NCBI RefSeq assembly: GCF_018350175.1
Contig: NC_058368.1
Span: 13,642,001-13,706,000, forward strand
Reading direction: 5' to 3'
Length of the DNA stretch: 64,000 nt
Origin: Felis catus
Lineage: Eukaryota
In this document: positions 62,872 through 64,000 of the stretch, in pieces
Layout: the number at the start of each line of letters is the position of its first letter
How positions within the stretch are numbered: the first letter of the stretch is position 1
Made by a program: the position numbers and the translations under genes
Notes under the pieces: model-generated
What the model was told of the DNA's origin: nothing
Database searches by the model: none
Seen by the model: only the letters and a program-made list of their open reading frames with translations

Positions 62872-63350
62872 ATATGAATTATCTATTGCTGCATAATGTG
62901 TTACTTCAAAATTTAGCAGCTAAAAGCAACAAACACTTATTATCTCATGGTTTCTGTGAGTCTGGATCTAAGAATGGCTTAAGTGGGTAGTTATCTTTCA
63001 TGAGACTGCAGTCAAAGTGTTAACCAAAGATGCTCAAGGTTCAACAGGTGAAGACCCATGCCCAAACTCAATCACATGGGACTTTTCACAGGGCTGCCTC
63101 ACAGGTAGCCAGGTGGCTTCCTCCAGAGTGAGTGATAGATACAAGAGATGGCTGGAGACAACATCCAAGACATAAACCACAGTTGTTTTTATAAACTAAT
63201 CTCAGAAGTGTCATCCTATCATACTGTATTCTCTTCCTTAGGAATGAATCAATCAATCAAGCCCATATTCAAGGGGAAATGACCACCCAAAGTCATTGGA
63301 TACTAGGAAGTAAGAATCATTAGAGCCTTTCTTAAAGGCTGTCTTCCACA
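62872..63350 (-). mobile_element. MLT1-type solo LTR
   Basis: ttatctattgctgcataa..aaaatttagcagctaaaagcaacaaacac..tatctcatggtttctgtgagtc. Confidence 0.75.
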
Positions 63351-63962
63351 TGAGCATACAGGTCCTCAAGTTCCATTTTTAAAAGGATAAGACTTAAATA
63401 ATAACTTCTCTGCTTGATATTTTTAAAAATCAAATTTGCATCAGATGCCATTATTGCATTTGGTAATGCGACTTCTCAAGGGACTGGGAAATCTGAACAT
63501 TAGATTTCCTTGCATGCCCAAGATTTTAGAGCAAGTGTTTAATTCAAGGATGATCAGAGAGGACGATTTGATTTAAAAGTATAAAGTAGAATCTCTTGAC
63601 AATTTTTTTTCTCTTATGATCACTAAACTTTCACTATTAGGGATTCATCTCATTTAGTCCAGAAGCTCTGTTTTCAAGAGTCATCAATTTCATCAGCTAA
63701 TAATCCTTAAGTATCAAATCGTAGTGAAGCTAAAAGCATCACAAGAATTTAAAATATCTTATCATTCCTGTCCTCAAATGCTTAGAATTTAGTTGAATAA
63801 AATGTAAGTACCCAGATGGAGGGGGAGCCCCTAAATGATCTTCAGCAAAGCAATTCTTTTTGCCTAAGAAAATAAATGGCTAAAATAGTTACTAGATATA
63901 TAACTTAAATGATTTTAAAATAACTCTTCCATATCTCTGCTCTTACTTGGATCATGAAAAGA

Positions 63963-64000
63963 GGGGTGCCTGGTTGGCTCAGTAGGTTAAGCGTCTGACT
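63963..64000 (+). mobile_element. Can-SINE head (truncated by window edge)
   Basis: ggggtgcctggttggctcagtaggttaagcgtctgact. Confidence 0.9.

Overview
This is mammalian nuclear DNA, almost certainly from a cat-family (Felidae) genome, judged by about 30 tRNA-derived Can-SINEs of the feline SINEC_Fc type and a young feline-type L1 3' end. The window is AT-rich and dense in transposable elements, consistent with intronic or intergenic sequence. I find no supportable host protein-coding gene, RNA gene or CRISPR array, and nearly all listed ORFs are SINE, L1 or microsatellite artefacts. The main structure is transposon fossils: a two-LTR MaLR (MLT1) provirus with nested hAT and SINE insertions, a near-full-length Tc2/Kanga (POGK-like) transposase fossil, an L1 with 5'UTR and ORF1 joined directly to a 3' end, a ~9 kb nested L1 mosaic, and a minimal TSD-flanked L1 tip. 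There are also a 43-bp dispersed direct repeat, TE-poor TAAT-rich candidate enhancer blocks and a few orphan exon-like segments. I cannot support a new biological system from sequence alone. Repeat subfamily names come from recalled consensus sequences and need RepeatMasker/Dfam confirmation; boundaries without TSDs are approximate.
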